From assembly GCF_035525475.1 (NCBI RefSeq), contig NZ_DATLEC010000208.1:14442-78441 (forward strand): 64,000 bases of DNA, written 5' to 3'. This DNA is from Lentzea sp. (GTDB lineage Bacteria; Actinomycetota; Actinomycetes; Mycobacteriales; Pseudonocardiaceae). The translations under genes and the position numbers were made by a program. Each line of letters starts with the position of its first letter. The stretch's first letter is position 1. Positions 20,210 to 29,333 of this stretch are shown here, one piece after another. Under the pieces are notes generated by a model. That model saw only the letters and a program-made list of their open reading frames with translations. It was not told where the DNA came from and ran no database searches.

Positions 20210-20974
20210 GGCGGTGTACCCGGACGCGGCGTCACCGGACATCGTGGCCATCTGGTGGTCGACGCCGTCGCGGAACACCATGTCCTGCTTGAGGGACGTC
20301 CGCGCCATGTTCTGCACGCTCTGCGTGTACCCGGTCGTGCCGTAGACCTCCTTGCACGTGGTCTCCGGCAACGCGAGCTGCGAGGTCGTGATCTTGTCGC
20401 CCGCCCTGGTGGCCTCGGCGAGGCTCGGGTAGACCTCGAAGTGGATGTGCGGCCAGCGTCCCGAGTACGCGCCGGGGAAGACGCTGACGAACCTCAGCTT
20501 CCCCGAGGAGTCGGCTTCCTGGACGCCGCGCAGGAAGTTCTCGTTCTTCACGCGGTCCGAGTACATCGAGTAGTCGCCGTTGATGTCGCAGTGCCACAGG
20601 TAGACGGCGGCGCCCGCGTACGGCGTGCCCTCCTGCCTCTGGACGGTCAGGTCGATGGTGAGTCCGACGCCCTCGGCCGTGCGGGTCGAGGAGCCGAAGC
20701 TGGAACGGATGTCCGAGCGCACGATGCCGCTCTGGGTGAGCGCGTTCGGGCCGTGGGAACCGTCGCCGGGGAACGGGCCGGCGGTCTCCTCGGGGATCGC
20801 GCCGAGCGGTTCGCCGTCCACCGCGGACGTGCCGGTCGTGCTCGCGGTCGGGGTGGTCGACGGAGCGCAGGCCACGAGCGTGAGGCCGGTCCCGCCGAGC
20901 AGCGACAAGGCCCGCCTGCGCCCGATCAGCGTGGCGAGGTCGAACTGGAGGCCGCGGTCGTGGTTGTCCGTCAT
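20183..20974 (-). CDS. Tat-exported intradiol ring-cleavage dioxygenase-like lipoprotein
   Basis: GRRRALSLL...LVAC signal; ETAGPFP, VYLWHCDINGDYS, FLRGVQ, PGAYSGRWPHIHF. Confidence 0.85.
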   Translation of the reverse strand: MTDNHDRGLQFDLATLIGRRRALSLLGGTGLTLVACAPSTTPTASTTGTSAVDGEPLGAIPEETAGPFPGDGSHGPNALTQSGIVRSDIRSSFGSSTRTAEGVGLTIDLTVQRQEGTPYAGAAVYLWHCDINGDYSMYSDRVKNENFLRGVQEADSSGKLRFVSVFPGAYSGRWPHIHFEVYPSLAEATRAGDKITTSQLALPETTCKEVYGTTGYTQSVQNMARTSLKQDMVFRDGVDHQMATMSGDAASGYTASLTFAVEG

Positions 20975-20996
20975 GGGGACAAGACTGGGGCTGTTT

Positions 20997-21025
20997 CCTG
21001 TGGGCCGCCTGTGGATGAGCTGTCA
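20997..21025 (-). promoter_or_regulatory. Triple ACAG direct repeat with 11-bp period (OmpR/PhoB-type site)
   Basis: Minus strand gACAGctcatccACAGgcggcccACAGg, immediately upstream of a -10-like CAGTCT and the ATG at 20974. Confidence 0.5.
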
Positions 21026-21429
21026 CGGGGATAGCAACCGCGTGCTCAGGAATTCCGCTGTCGTCGAAGTGTTTTGCGCGCGCCGGCCGGTGTGGTGATT
21101 TCACCGAGGGCCGGAATGTCCTGGCGGAGCCGGCGAGCTTGTGATCGGGATCTCGTTCTCGGCCTGTAGTGCAGCTGAGGCGACCCGGCGGCACCGCTGT
21201 TTCGGTGAACGGGGGTGTCACCATCACGAAGTATTCACTCGGAAGCCGGGATTGCGTTGGTCCGATGTCGCGGTTGTGAAGATGTGCGAGGTGTCGCACC
21301 CGGAAAGCTGGACAATGGATTAATTTGACGGCGATGGGGTTTTTCTTTCGAGAAGGGCGGCACTCGCGAGGGGTTGTCGAGCGCCGCCCTCCCGCGGGCG
21401 GGCAGACCCTGCCGTCTGCCCGCGCTCCG

Positions 21430-21738
21430 CTAGCCGGAGTGGGTCTCCGCCTTGGTCCTGCGACACTCCCGTTCGACCACCGCCGCCCTGTCGACCTCGG
21501 CGTGCGGCACGCGGAGCGCCGCGCTGATCCAGGCACGCCAGTAGGGGCCGGGAATGCGTTTTCCGCGTTCCCACCTCGACACTTCTTCGCGGGTGACGCT
21601 GTCGTTCTGTGAGATCTCGCACAACAGGTCCGCGAGTTCGCGCTGCGTGAGGCCCTGCTCTCGCCGTGCCCTGGGAATCAGGGCGGTAATCGGCGGGACG
21701 TCCTGGTGCTCGCGGGCTTGGGGGGCTGCCTTGAGCAC
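21430..21738 (-). CDS. XRE-family HTH protein
   Basis: ARREQGLTQRELA...VSRWERGKRIP. Confidence 0.8.
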   Translation of the reverse strand: MLKAAPQAREHQDVPPITALIPRARREQGLTQRELADLLCEISQNDSVTREEVSRWERGKRIPGPYWRAWISAALRVPHAEVDRAAVVERECRRTKAETHSG

Positions 21739-21966
21739 GGTTCTGCTCCGTTTCAGTGAGATGGCTGGTGTGTCGTCCAGCCTGCCTCAAAGCCGCGCTG
21801 TTCGTGCCGTGCATTGCGGTGATACCGGCGGTCGTTGAAAGTTCAGCCACCGTCGGAATCACTTGATCGGTTGTTCGGTGGAACGAAGCTGGTCCAATGG
21901 GGTGTGCGCGCTCGCTTATCGCGCATCTGACTAGTGTGATCGCGCCGGGTTCGTTGTGCCGCAGCA

Positions 21967-22386
21967 ATGACCGGGATGAGAAGGTGGGAAAGAATGCTTT
22001 CGACGGTCGAAGTGGTGCAGGTTTTCCTGGCGCGGCTCGCGGCCCAGGACGCGCCGGGCATCGCGCGGCTGTGCGCGCCGGCGGTGGAGTGGGAGGCGCC
22101 AGACCCGAACGGCGCCAGGTGGTCGCTCGGCCCGCGTACGCGCAGGGAGGTCGAGTCCTGGTTCCTCACGCTGTTCGCCGCGTTCGAGCTGGAGCAGCTG
22201 TCCGCGCGCCGGCTGGTCGTCGACGGGGGAGACGCGGCGGTGATCGGCTCGGCGCGCTGGCGGGTCCGTGCCACCGGCGACCCGGTGCAGGTCCGGTTCG
22301 CGTCCGTGATCTCGGTGCACCTGGGGGAGATCGAGCAGTACTGGCACCTGCCGGACACCCTGGCCGTGACGAGGACCGCGGCATGA
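21967..22386 (+). CDS. SnoaL-like / NTF2-fold protein
   Basis: VVQVFLARLAAQD, VEW, VVDGGDAAVIG, RATG, GEI...DT pattern. Confidence 0.75.
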   Translation: MTGMRRWERMLSTVEVVQVFLARLAAQDAPGIARLCAPAVEWEAPDPNGARWSLGPRTRREVESWFLTLFAAFELEQLSARRLVVDGGDAAVIGSARWRVRATGDPVQVRFASVISVHLGEIEQYWHLPDTLAVTRTAA

Positions 22387-23000
22387 GCTCTGGCCGTGGG
22401 AAAGCGGCGCACACGCGGGAGAGGCTGCTGCGCGCCGCCGCCGAGGTGTTCGACCGCGACGGCTTCGCCAGGTCCAGCCTCACCGCCGTGTGCGCACGGG
22501 CCGACGTGTCGAAAGGCGCGCTGTACTGCCACTTCCGGTCCAAGGAAGCGCTCGGCGTCGCGATCGTCGAGGAGCAGTCGCTGCTGTGGCACCGGTTGCG
22601 CGACGAACAGCTCGCCGTCGAACCGTCGCCCGTGCAGGCGCTGATCTCGATGTCGTTCGAGTTCGTCGGCAGGCTCGACACCGACCTGATCGTGCGGGTG
22701 AGCGCGAAGCTGTTGCGGGAGGCGGTGTTCTTCGACGTCGTGGCGGCCGCGCAGGTGATCGGCTGGGTGTCGGTGGTGCGCGAGCTGCTGACGCTGGCGA
22801 AGGACCGCGGTGAGCTCCTGCCGGAGGTGAACGTGCGGCACGCGGCCGAGCAGATCGTCGCGGAGCTGCTCGGGCTGCAGTTCGTGGCCCAGGCGTTGAG
22901 CGGCGGCACCGACCTGCGCACGCGCCTGGCCAGGGTCTGGCGCGCGTCGTCGGGCGCTCTGGTGACGGAGCCCGTCCGCACGAGGCTGCGGTTCGAGTGA
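22383..23000 (+). CDS. TetR regulator of ScbR/ArpA (gamma-butyrolactone receptor-like) type
   Basis: TRERLLRAAAEVFDRDGF...VSKGALYCHFRSKEAL, conserved W and GELLP in C-domain; ATGA coupling. Confidence 0.82.
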   Translation: MSSGRGKAAHTRERLLRAAAEVFDRDGFARSSLTAVCARADVSKGALYCHFRSKEALGVAIVEEQSLLWHRLRDEQLAVEPSPVQALISMSFEFVGRLDTDLIVRVSAKLLREAVFFDVVAAAQVIGWVSVVRELLTLAKDRGELLPEVNVRHAAEQIVAELLGLQFVAQALSGGTDLRTRLARVWRASSGALVTEPVRTRLRFE

Positions 23001-23096
23001 CGGTCGTCTCGGCCCAATCGAGACAGGAATGGCCGGTCACACCTCCGCTGTTGTCCTCACTCATCCGGCAGGGTCTTGACCATCGGGAGGACAGCG

Positions 23097-24332
23097 GTGT
23101 CCGGTCGCAGCATTGTCGTGGTGGATCCGCACTCGGCGGGCAAGGGCATCGCGCCCGCCTTCGCGGCCCGTGGCGTCGAGGCGGTGGCGGTGCTGACGAC
23201 CGCGACGCCGCCCAGCTGGCTCAGCAGGGTGTGGGAACCGGACGACTACCACGAGATGCACACCCTCGGTGACCTGGACGAGCTGGCGGCGAAGCTGGCC
23301 GTGCACGACCCGATCGCCGTCGTCGCGGGCTCCGCCACCGGGGTGGAGGCGGCCGAGACGTTGTCCGAGCTGGTCGTGCCGGGACAGTCGAACGTCCTGG
23401 CGCTCTCGTCGGCGCGCCGCGACAGGTGGCAGAGGGACGTGGCGCTGCGCACCGCCGGGGTGCCGCACCTGCGCCAGGTCAGCTCGGAGTGCCCCGACGA
23501 GGTGGCGGCCTGGCTGCGGCGCGAGGGCCTCGAGAACTCGCCGGTCGTGCTGAAGCCGCAGCACAGCGGCGACATGGACGACGTGTTCGTGGCGATGCCC
23601 GGCGACGACTGGCGCACCAGCTTCAACCGGATCCTCGTCGTCAACAGGACCAGCTTCCGCAACGACAAGGTGCTCGTCCGCGAGCTCGCGGTCGGCACGG
23701 AGTACGAGGTCGACACCTACTCGATCGACGGCGAGCACGGTCTCGTGGCGGTCTGGCGGTGCGCCAAGGAGGGCCGCGACGACGGGCTCGGCATCTTCCG
23801 CTCGAACACGCTCGTCTCGCCGTCCGAGCCGGTGGTCGACGCGCTCTTCGGCTACGTGGGCCAGGTGCTCGACGCGACCGGAGTGCGCAACGGCCCCGCG
23901 CACGTCGAGGTGGTGATGACCCCCGACGGCCCGCGCCTGATCGAGATCGCCGCGCGGCTGGCCGGCGCCGAGCAGCAGGAGCTGACGTTGCTCGGCACGG
24001 GCGAGAACCAGATCACGAGGACGGTGCGCCACCACGCGGACGGCTCGAAGGCCGTCGGCCGGTACGAGCGGCACCAGCACGTGAGGTCGGTGTACCTCTC
24101 GTCACCCGCTGCCGGTGAGCTCGCGAACTCGGTCCGCTTTGACGAGCTTGCCTCACTTTTGCCCAGTTACCAGCGCGACGTCCTGCCGTACCGGGAGGGG
24201 TCGATGGTGCCCAGGACCGACGACCTGCGGACGTCGCTGGGACACGTGGTGCTGGCCACCACCGACGCTGAACAGCTGGAACGCGACGAGGCCACCGTCA
24301 GGGAGATCGAGGCGGGGCTCATCGTGGTGTGA
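23097..24332 (+). CDS. ATP-grasp domain protein (L-amino acid ligase-like)
   Basis: VVVDPHSAG, PVVLKP, GTEYEVDT, GPAHVEV, GPRLIEIAARLAG; GGAGG SD before GTG. Confidence 0.85.
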   Translation: MSGRSIVVVDPHSAGKGIAPAFAARGVEAVAVLTTATPPSWLSRVWEPDDYHEMHTLGDLDELAAKLAVHDPIAVVAGSATGVEAAETLSELVVPGQSNVLALSSARRDRWQRDVALRTAGVPHLRQVSSECPDEVAAWLRREGLENSPVVLKPQHSGDMDDVFVAMPGDDWRTSFNRILVVNRTSFRNDKVLVRELAVGTEYEVDTYSIDGEHGLVAVWRCAKEGRDDGLGIFRSNTLVSPSEPVVDALFGYVGQVLDATGVRNGPAHVEVVMTPDGPRLIEIAARLAGAEQQELTLLGTGENQITRTVRHHADGSKAVGRYERHQHVRSVYLSSPAAGELANSVRFDELASLLPSYQRDVLPYREGSMVPRTDDLRTSLGHVVLATTDAEQLERDEATVREIEAGLIVV

Positions 24333-24402
24333 TCTCGGAGCCGTACCGGGTGGCACTCGTTCGGGGTGACCGGTTAGGTTTCTGCGCGACGAGCGGAGGC
24401 CC

Positions 24403-25683
24403 ATGAGCGAACCCTGGGACGGCGACCTGACCGGTGCGGTGATCCACGACCGCTTCGTGATCGGGTCACTCCTCGGGTCCGGCGGCATGGCGGAGGTCTA
24501 CCGGGCGTACGACCGCGCGACCACGACGTCCGTCGCCATCAAGGTCTTCTCGGGCCCCGGCCTCCCGGACGACGAGCTGCGCCTGCAACGCGAGGCCACC
24601 ATGCTCGCGTCACTGGACTGCCCCGGCATCATCCCGGTCTACGAGGCCGGCACGATCTCCCGCCGCCCGTACTTCGTGATGCGCGAGATCACCGGCGGCA
24701 CCCTCCGCCAGCGCATGCGCGAGCCCCTGCCACCCCGCTTCGTGGCGAGGATCGGCGGCCAGATCGCCGCGGTCCTGGACCACGTGCACGGTCTGGGCGT
24801 CGTGCACCGCGACATCAAGCCGTCCAACATCCTCCTCGACGACACCGAGAAGCAGGCCTACCTGGCGGACTTCGGCCTGGCACTGGTCGCCGAGGTCACC
24901 AGGGTGACCACCTCCGGCGTCCTGGTCGGCACCGCCGGCTACCTGTCGCCGGAACAGGTCAGGGGCTCGGACGTGGGCCCGGCCGCCGACATCTACTCGC
25001 TGGGCCTGGTCCTGCTGGAATGCCTGACGGGCCGCACGGAATACCCCGGCGGCGACGCGGAAGCGGCCCTGGCGCGCCTGGCCCGCCCCCCGCGCATCCC
25101 GGTGGACCTGCCACCGGCCTGGGTGTCCCTGCTGTCCGCGATGACGGACATGGACGCCTCCCGCCGCCCGACAGCCGCCCAGTGCGCCCGCTCCCTGGAC
25201 GCCGCCTTCGAGGCGAGCCGAGGCCTGCCGGCCCTGCTGCCGGACGCGGCGGTCACAGCCCCGGAACTCCCCCAACCCCGCCGGGGCAAGCGCCTGGCCA
25301 TAGGCGCGGCGGCCGCAGCGGTCACCGCGGTGGCCGTGGCGGTGGCGAACTTCGGCGGAGGCGGCAACGAAGCACCCGCAGCCGACCAGAAGGTGCCGGA
25401 CCCGCACACCCAGGTGGTCACCGTCTCCGCGTCCACGGTGACCGTGGTGCACACGCCCGGCGCCCCAGGCCCGTCGGGCACGCCTGACGCCCCCGGAGCA
25501 CCGCAGCCAGGAGCAATACCGCAGCCAGGAGCAATTGTGCCTTCGGGTGCCGCGACGACGACCGCGGGAACTCCGGCCGATGACACCGTCGTGCCGCCCG
25601 AGGAGTCGACGACGGCGAGCAAGGAGAAGAAGAACAAGAAGTCGTCGCAGGCGACTACTCCGTCGCAGGTTCCCCAGCCCTAG
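24403..25683 (+). CDS. Ser/Thr protein kinase with TM segment and Pro/Thr-rich tail
   Basis: GSGGMAEVY, VAIK, HRDIKPSN, DFG, GTAGYLSPEQ, DIYSLG. Confidence 0.95.
   Translation: MSEPWDGDLTGAVIHDRFVIGSLLGSGGMAEVYRAYDRATTTSVAIKVFSGPGLPDDELRLQREATMLASLDCPGIIPVYEAGTISRRPYFVMREITGGTLRQRMREPLPPRFVARIGGQIAAVLDHVHGLGVVHRDIKPSNILLDDTEKQAYLADFGLALVAEVTRVTTSGVLVGTAGYLSPEQVRGSDVGPAADIYSLGLVLLECLTGRTEYPGGDAEAALARLARPPRIPVDLPPAWVSLLSAMTDMDASRRPTAAQCARSLDAAFEASRGLPALLPDAAVTAPELPQPRRGKRLAIGAAAAAVTAVAVAVANFGGGGNEAPAADQKVPDPHTQVVTVSASTVTVVHTPGAPGPSGTPDAPGAPQPGAIPQPGAIVPSGAATTTAGTPADDTVVPPEESTTASKEKKNKKSSQATTPSQVPQP
25501..25535. repeat. 18-bp-period tandem repeat in kinase tail
   Basis: CCGCAGCCAGGAGCAAT x2 (PQPGAI x2). 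Confidence 0.85.
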
Positions 25684-25746
25684 CAGCCCGGGTGGGCAGG
25701 CAGGCTGACGCAGGCGTCCCCTGGTGTTGAGGACCCCCCGCGACCC

Positions 25747-25768
25747 AACGTACTCAGCAGGTCTGACA
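25747..25768 (-). promoter_or_regulatory. PafBC/RecA-NDp-like promoter motif
   Basis: TGTCAG-N10-TACGTT on the minus strand. Confidence 0.45.
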
Positions 25769-25842
25769 CGCGCGCCGCGAGACGTCGCGGCATTTCAACC
25801 GCAGACTCAGCGGGCGGACTGGGTCGCGAGCGAGCGCGGAAC

Positions 25843-26061
25843 GTGCTGGACAAGGAGATCAACCGCCGCTTCGGCAAGCCCAAGGGCAGCGACGCGTACC
25901 ACGCCCACCAAGCGGTCATCGTCCAGATCGTCCTGATCTGGGAACGGTCGCTGCTGGCGGCGCGCACCCACTCCGGCCCTCTGCAACTGCTCCCCGACGG
26001 CGCCCGCGCGCTCACCGCCGCCGACCCGCTGGGCGAACTGCACACGCTGTTCGGAGTGTGA
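25843..26061 (+). pseudogene. Possible gene remnant or small hypothetical ORF
   Basis: GC3-biased 72-codon frame, no clear SD or recognisable motif. Confidence 0.3.
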
Positions 26062-26214
26062 GCCGACGCCATGGCCGGCCATCTGCTCAGCCGGGCGGTG
26101 ACAACGAGGCCGCCGCTCGGTCTCGCGACGCGTGGTGCCCCCAATGGCGATGCGAAGCGAGCCGGACAGCCTTGTGAACCGCTGGGTAGCGGTGTGCCCC
26201 AATCGGCTCCAAGA

Positions 26215-26880
26215 TCAGGATCCCAACGCCCCAACCGCGGCAAACGGCAGATCCTTCAACTCGGCCCGCAACCGGTCCAAATCCGGGTACACAGCCGAAG
26301 CCCCGCGATCAACCAGCTCGTCCTCGCCGAACCCACCGGTCAACACCGCGACGGACGGCAACCCGGCCCGCCCAGCAGCCTCGCAGTCCCACACCGAATC
26401 CCCGACGACAACAGCACGCGAGGCACCGGCCTGCCGCAAAGCCACCTGGATCAGATCGGGCTCAGGCTTGCTGGCATCCACGTCGTCGGAAGAAGTCCAG
26501 GCGATGTCCCCGGGATCGAGCAGCTTCAGGTAGTGCTCCACGTGCTTGCGCTTCCCCGAACTGGCCAGCACCACGGCCAGCCCGAGATCGGTGGCCGCGC
26601 GAATCAGCCGGTGCGCCCCCTCGATCGGCTGGATCTCGTCCAGCATCTCGTCGAAGTACCGCTCCCAAGCCGCCCGCAGGTCGTCACCGTGCGCGCGCTC
26701 GACGGTGTCCCCGGCCACCGCGGCGACCAGCTTGTCGCCGCCCATGCCCATCGAGCGGTGCAGCCGCCATCCCGGCACGGTGATGTCGTGGCTGCGGAAT
26801 GCTCGCAGCCACGCCACCGTGTGGTGGTAGTTGGTGTCGACCAGCGTGCCGTCCACGTCCAGGACCACGGTGTTGCTCAT
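26215..26880 (-). CDS. HAD-superfamily hydrolase
   Basis: LDVDGTLVD, LASS, SKPEPD, VGDSVWD, VLTGG. Confidence 0.92.
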   Translation of the reverse strand: MSNTVVLDVDGTLVDTNYHHTVAWLRAFRSHDITVPGWRLHRSMGMGGDKLVAAVAGDTVERAHGDDLRAAWERYFDEMLDEIQPIEGAHRLIRAATDLGLAVVLASSGKRKHVEHYLKLLDPGDIAWTSSDDVDASKPEPDLIQVALRQAGASRAVVVGDSVWDCEAAGRAGLPSVAVLTGGFGEDELVDRGASAVYPDLDRLRAELKDLPFAAVGALGS

Positions 26881-26902
26881 GATCCCAGGTTTGCCCGCGC
26901 TC

Positions 26903-28192
26903 TCAGCGAGGCAAACCCACCAGCTCGTGCGCGTCCTGCAGGGACGCCACCTCACGTCGCAGCACGCTGTCGAGCCACTGCGCGTCGGACATCCACGACT
27001 GGTTGGTGTTCAAGCAGACGTGCACGGACGAGCGGTAGACGGACAAGGCGATGCCCACCGCGTGCCCTGGTGCGACGGGCGCGACCGGGTACATCTCGCA
27101 CAACGCGGCGCCGTCCAGGGCGAGCGGTACGGACGGCAGCGGCACCGAGGTGACGAGCGTGTCGAACAGCAGCGGTGCGCAGCGGCCCATGACGGGGGCG
27201 GCCAGGCGGTGCACCAGCGGCGGCACGCGGTCCGCCAGCAGCGGCAGTGCGCCCGCGCCCTGCCGGGGGCCGGCGGCCTTGGCCGTCTCCATCTGGGAAC
27301 GGATGTCGCGCAGGCGTTCCGCCGGGTCGGCGCAGCCGACCGGCAGCGAGACCAGGAAGCCGGAGATCTGGTTGCCCGAGGCGCCGTCGCCGGAGCGTGA
27401 GCGTTGGTTGACCGGGATCAGCGCGCGCACGACCGAGGACGGGCCGGCGCTGTCGTGGGCGGAGAGCCAGTGGCGCAACGCACCCGTCACCAGGGCGAGC
27501 AGCACGTCGTTCACCGTGCCGCCGTGCGTGCGCCGGATCCGGTGCACGTCCGCGAGGTCCAGGCGCGACATCACCACCCGGCGGGGCCGCGTGGAGGAGG
27601 TGAGCACCGGCGAGTTCAGCGTCGGCGGGCGGGTGTTCATCAGCACCGAGGAGGCGATGTCGATCGTGTCCCTGATCCCGCGCAGGGTCGGGATCATCGA
27701 GCGCGACGGCTGCGGGGGAGCGTCCGGAATGGACAGACGGGAGGCGTCGAACAGCTGGAGGCCCAGGCCGACGGCCTTCATGCCGTCGCACAGGGAGTGG
27801 TGCAGCTTGGCGACGACGGCGAACCGGCCGCCCGCCAGGCCGGTGATGACGTGCAGCTCCCACGGCGGGCGCGCGAGGTCCAGCGGCTGCGCCATGAGGT
27901 GCGAGACCGAGGTGGCGAAACGATCTCGTCCGCGCACGTGGTGCGTGAAGACGTGGTCCTCAGGTGCGAAACCGGGGTCCTCCACCCAGCGGGCACCGCC
28001 CAGCAACGACGTGCGGGCGCGCTGGCGCAGGCGCGGGATCTCCTGCGCCCGTTCGCACAGCACGGCGGCGATGCGAGCCGGGTGGACCGGAGTGGGCGGT
28101 GCGAAGGTCGCGACCGCACCCAGGTGCAACGGGTTCGCGTTGCCCTCCATGGCGAGGAAGGCGATGTCGAGGGGGGAGAGGTGGTCTGTCAT
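26903..28192 (-). CDS. Wax ester synthase / diacylglycerol acyltransferase (WS/DGAT)
   Basis: LSPLDIAFL, PLDLARPPWE, catalytic HHSLCDG, GTVNDVLL, TSVPLP. Confidence 0.92.
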   Translation of the reverse strand: MTDHLSPLDIAFLAMEGNANPLHLGAVATFAPPTPVHPARIAAVLCERAQEIPRLRQRARTSLLGGARWVEDPGFAPEDHVFTHHVRGRDRFATSVSHLMAQPLDLARPPWELHVITGLAGGRFAVVAKLHHSLCDGMKAVGLGLQLFDASRLSIPDAPPQPSRSMIPTLRGIRDTIDIASSVLMNTRPPTLNSPVLTSSTRPRRVVMSRLDLADVHRIRRTHGGTVNDVLLALVTGALRHWLSAHDSAGPSSVVRALIPVNQRSRSGDGASGNQISGFLVSLPVGCADPAERLRDIRSQMETAKAAGPRQGAGALPLLADRVPPLVHRLAAPVMGRCAPLLFDTLVTSVPLPSVPLALDGAALCEMYPVAPVAPGHAVGIALSVYRSSVHVCLNTNQSWMSDAQWLDSVLRREVASLQDAHELVGLPR

Positions 28193-28253
28193 AGGTGTGC
28201 CAGGTAAACAGGTCCGCGTGTCCCGCGCATTGCGATGAGGTGGCGGCGACTCC

Positions 28254-29150
28254 CTACCGCCCCAAGTACACTCGAACGGTGGTACCGGTGTGACTCGTGT
28301 GGGTGCGAACCAGGTCACACAGCAGGTTCACCATCACGATCCCGAAGCCGGACAGGCCCGTGAACGACGGCGGGAGACCCTCGCCGGAGTCGCTCACCTC
28401 GCAGACCGCGGTGCCGCCCTCGCGCCACAGCCGCAGCACCCCGCGGCCGGACGCGTGCAGGATGCTGTTCGTCACGAGCTCGTTCACCGCGAGCACCAGG
28501 TCCTCCACCTGTTCGCGGCGCAGCCAGTGCGCGAACGTCGCCACGAGCTTGCGCGTGTGCGCGAGCGTGCTGACGGAGAACGTGTGCTCCTCGGCCGTGG
28601 CGGGCGGCGGGGGCAGCGGCACGTTGTAGATCTCGGCGAGACCGGACGGGTCGGTGTACCACTCGCTCGCGACGCGCCGCTCGCCGTCGATCACGACCGG
28701 GTGGGTGCGCCGCGCGTCCTCCAGCACGTGGCCGGGCAGCGACCCCGCGTCGTACGGGCAGAGGATGACGCCCCGCCTGCCCTCGAACGCCGTGTTGATC
28801 AACGCCTCGTGCTGCACGCACGCCGGGTACTCGAGCTCGGTGCGGCCGGGCCACATCGGCTCGCCGACCACCCGGAACCGGCGCTGGGTGCTCGCGCTGA
28901 ACGCCATCAGCACACCGGGGATGATCCGCCCGGGGTTGCGGCCCGCCTCGGTCATGTCGATGAAGTGGACCTGGTCGGCCTGGTCTCCCAGCCGCTCGCG
29001 GAGCCGGCCGATGCTCGCCTCGCGCACCGCCACGAGCACCGGCTCGCCTCTGTCCACGCCGTCCGCGACGAATCCGGCCGTGCTGGAGAGGAAGGTGTCC
29101 TCGTCCCGGTAGAACAGGGCCTCGTGCGTGAACGGAGCTGCGGTGTTCAT
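28254..29150 (-). CDS. MEDS domain + HATPase_c anti-sigma factor-like kinase
   Basis: FTHEALFY, GRNPGRII, VGEPMW, HEALIN, LCPYD, LAVNELVTNS, EVSDSG. Confidence 0.87.
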   Translation of the reverse strand: MNTAAPFTHEALFYRDEDTFLSSTAGFVADGVDRGEPVLVAVREASIGRLRERLGDQADQVHFIDMTEAGRNPGRIIPGVLMAFSASTQRRFRVVGEPMWPGRTELEYPACVQHEALINTAFEGRRGVILCPYDAGSLPGHVLEDARRTHPVVIDGERRVASEWYTDPSGLAEIYNVPLPPPPATAEEHTFSVSTLAHTRKLVATFAHWLRREQVEDLVLAVNELVTNSILHASGRGVLRLWREGGTAVCEVSDSGEGLPPSFTGLSGFGIVMVNLLCDLVRTHTSHTGTTVRVYLGR

Positions 29151-29333
29151 CGGCTTCCCGGTGAGGTCGGCGGCGTGGGCGAACCCTCATTCTGCTCCCC
29201 GTAACAGTGTTACGGCGCGGGCCGGGACGGTGGTTGTCGCGGCACCTGCACCAGTCGGCGCACCTCGTCGTGCGGACGGGGAAAACCCCAGGCAGACTCA
29301 CGTGATGTCGGGGTCTGGTGAGGAGGTGACGCC

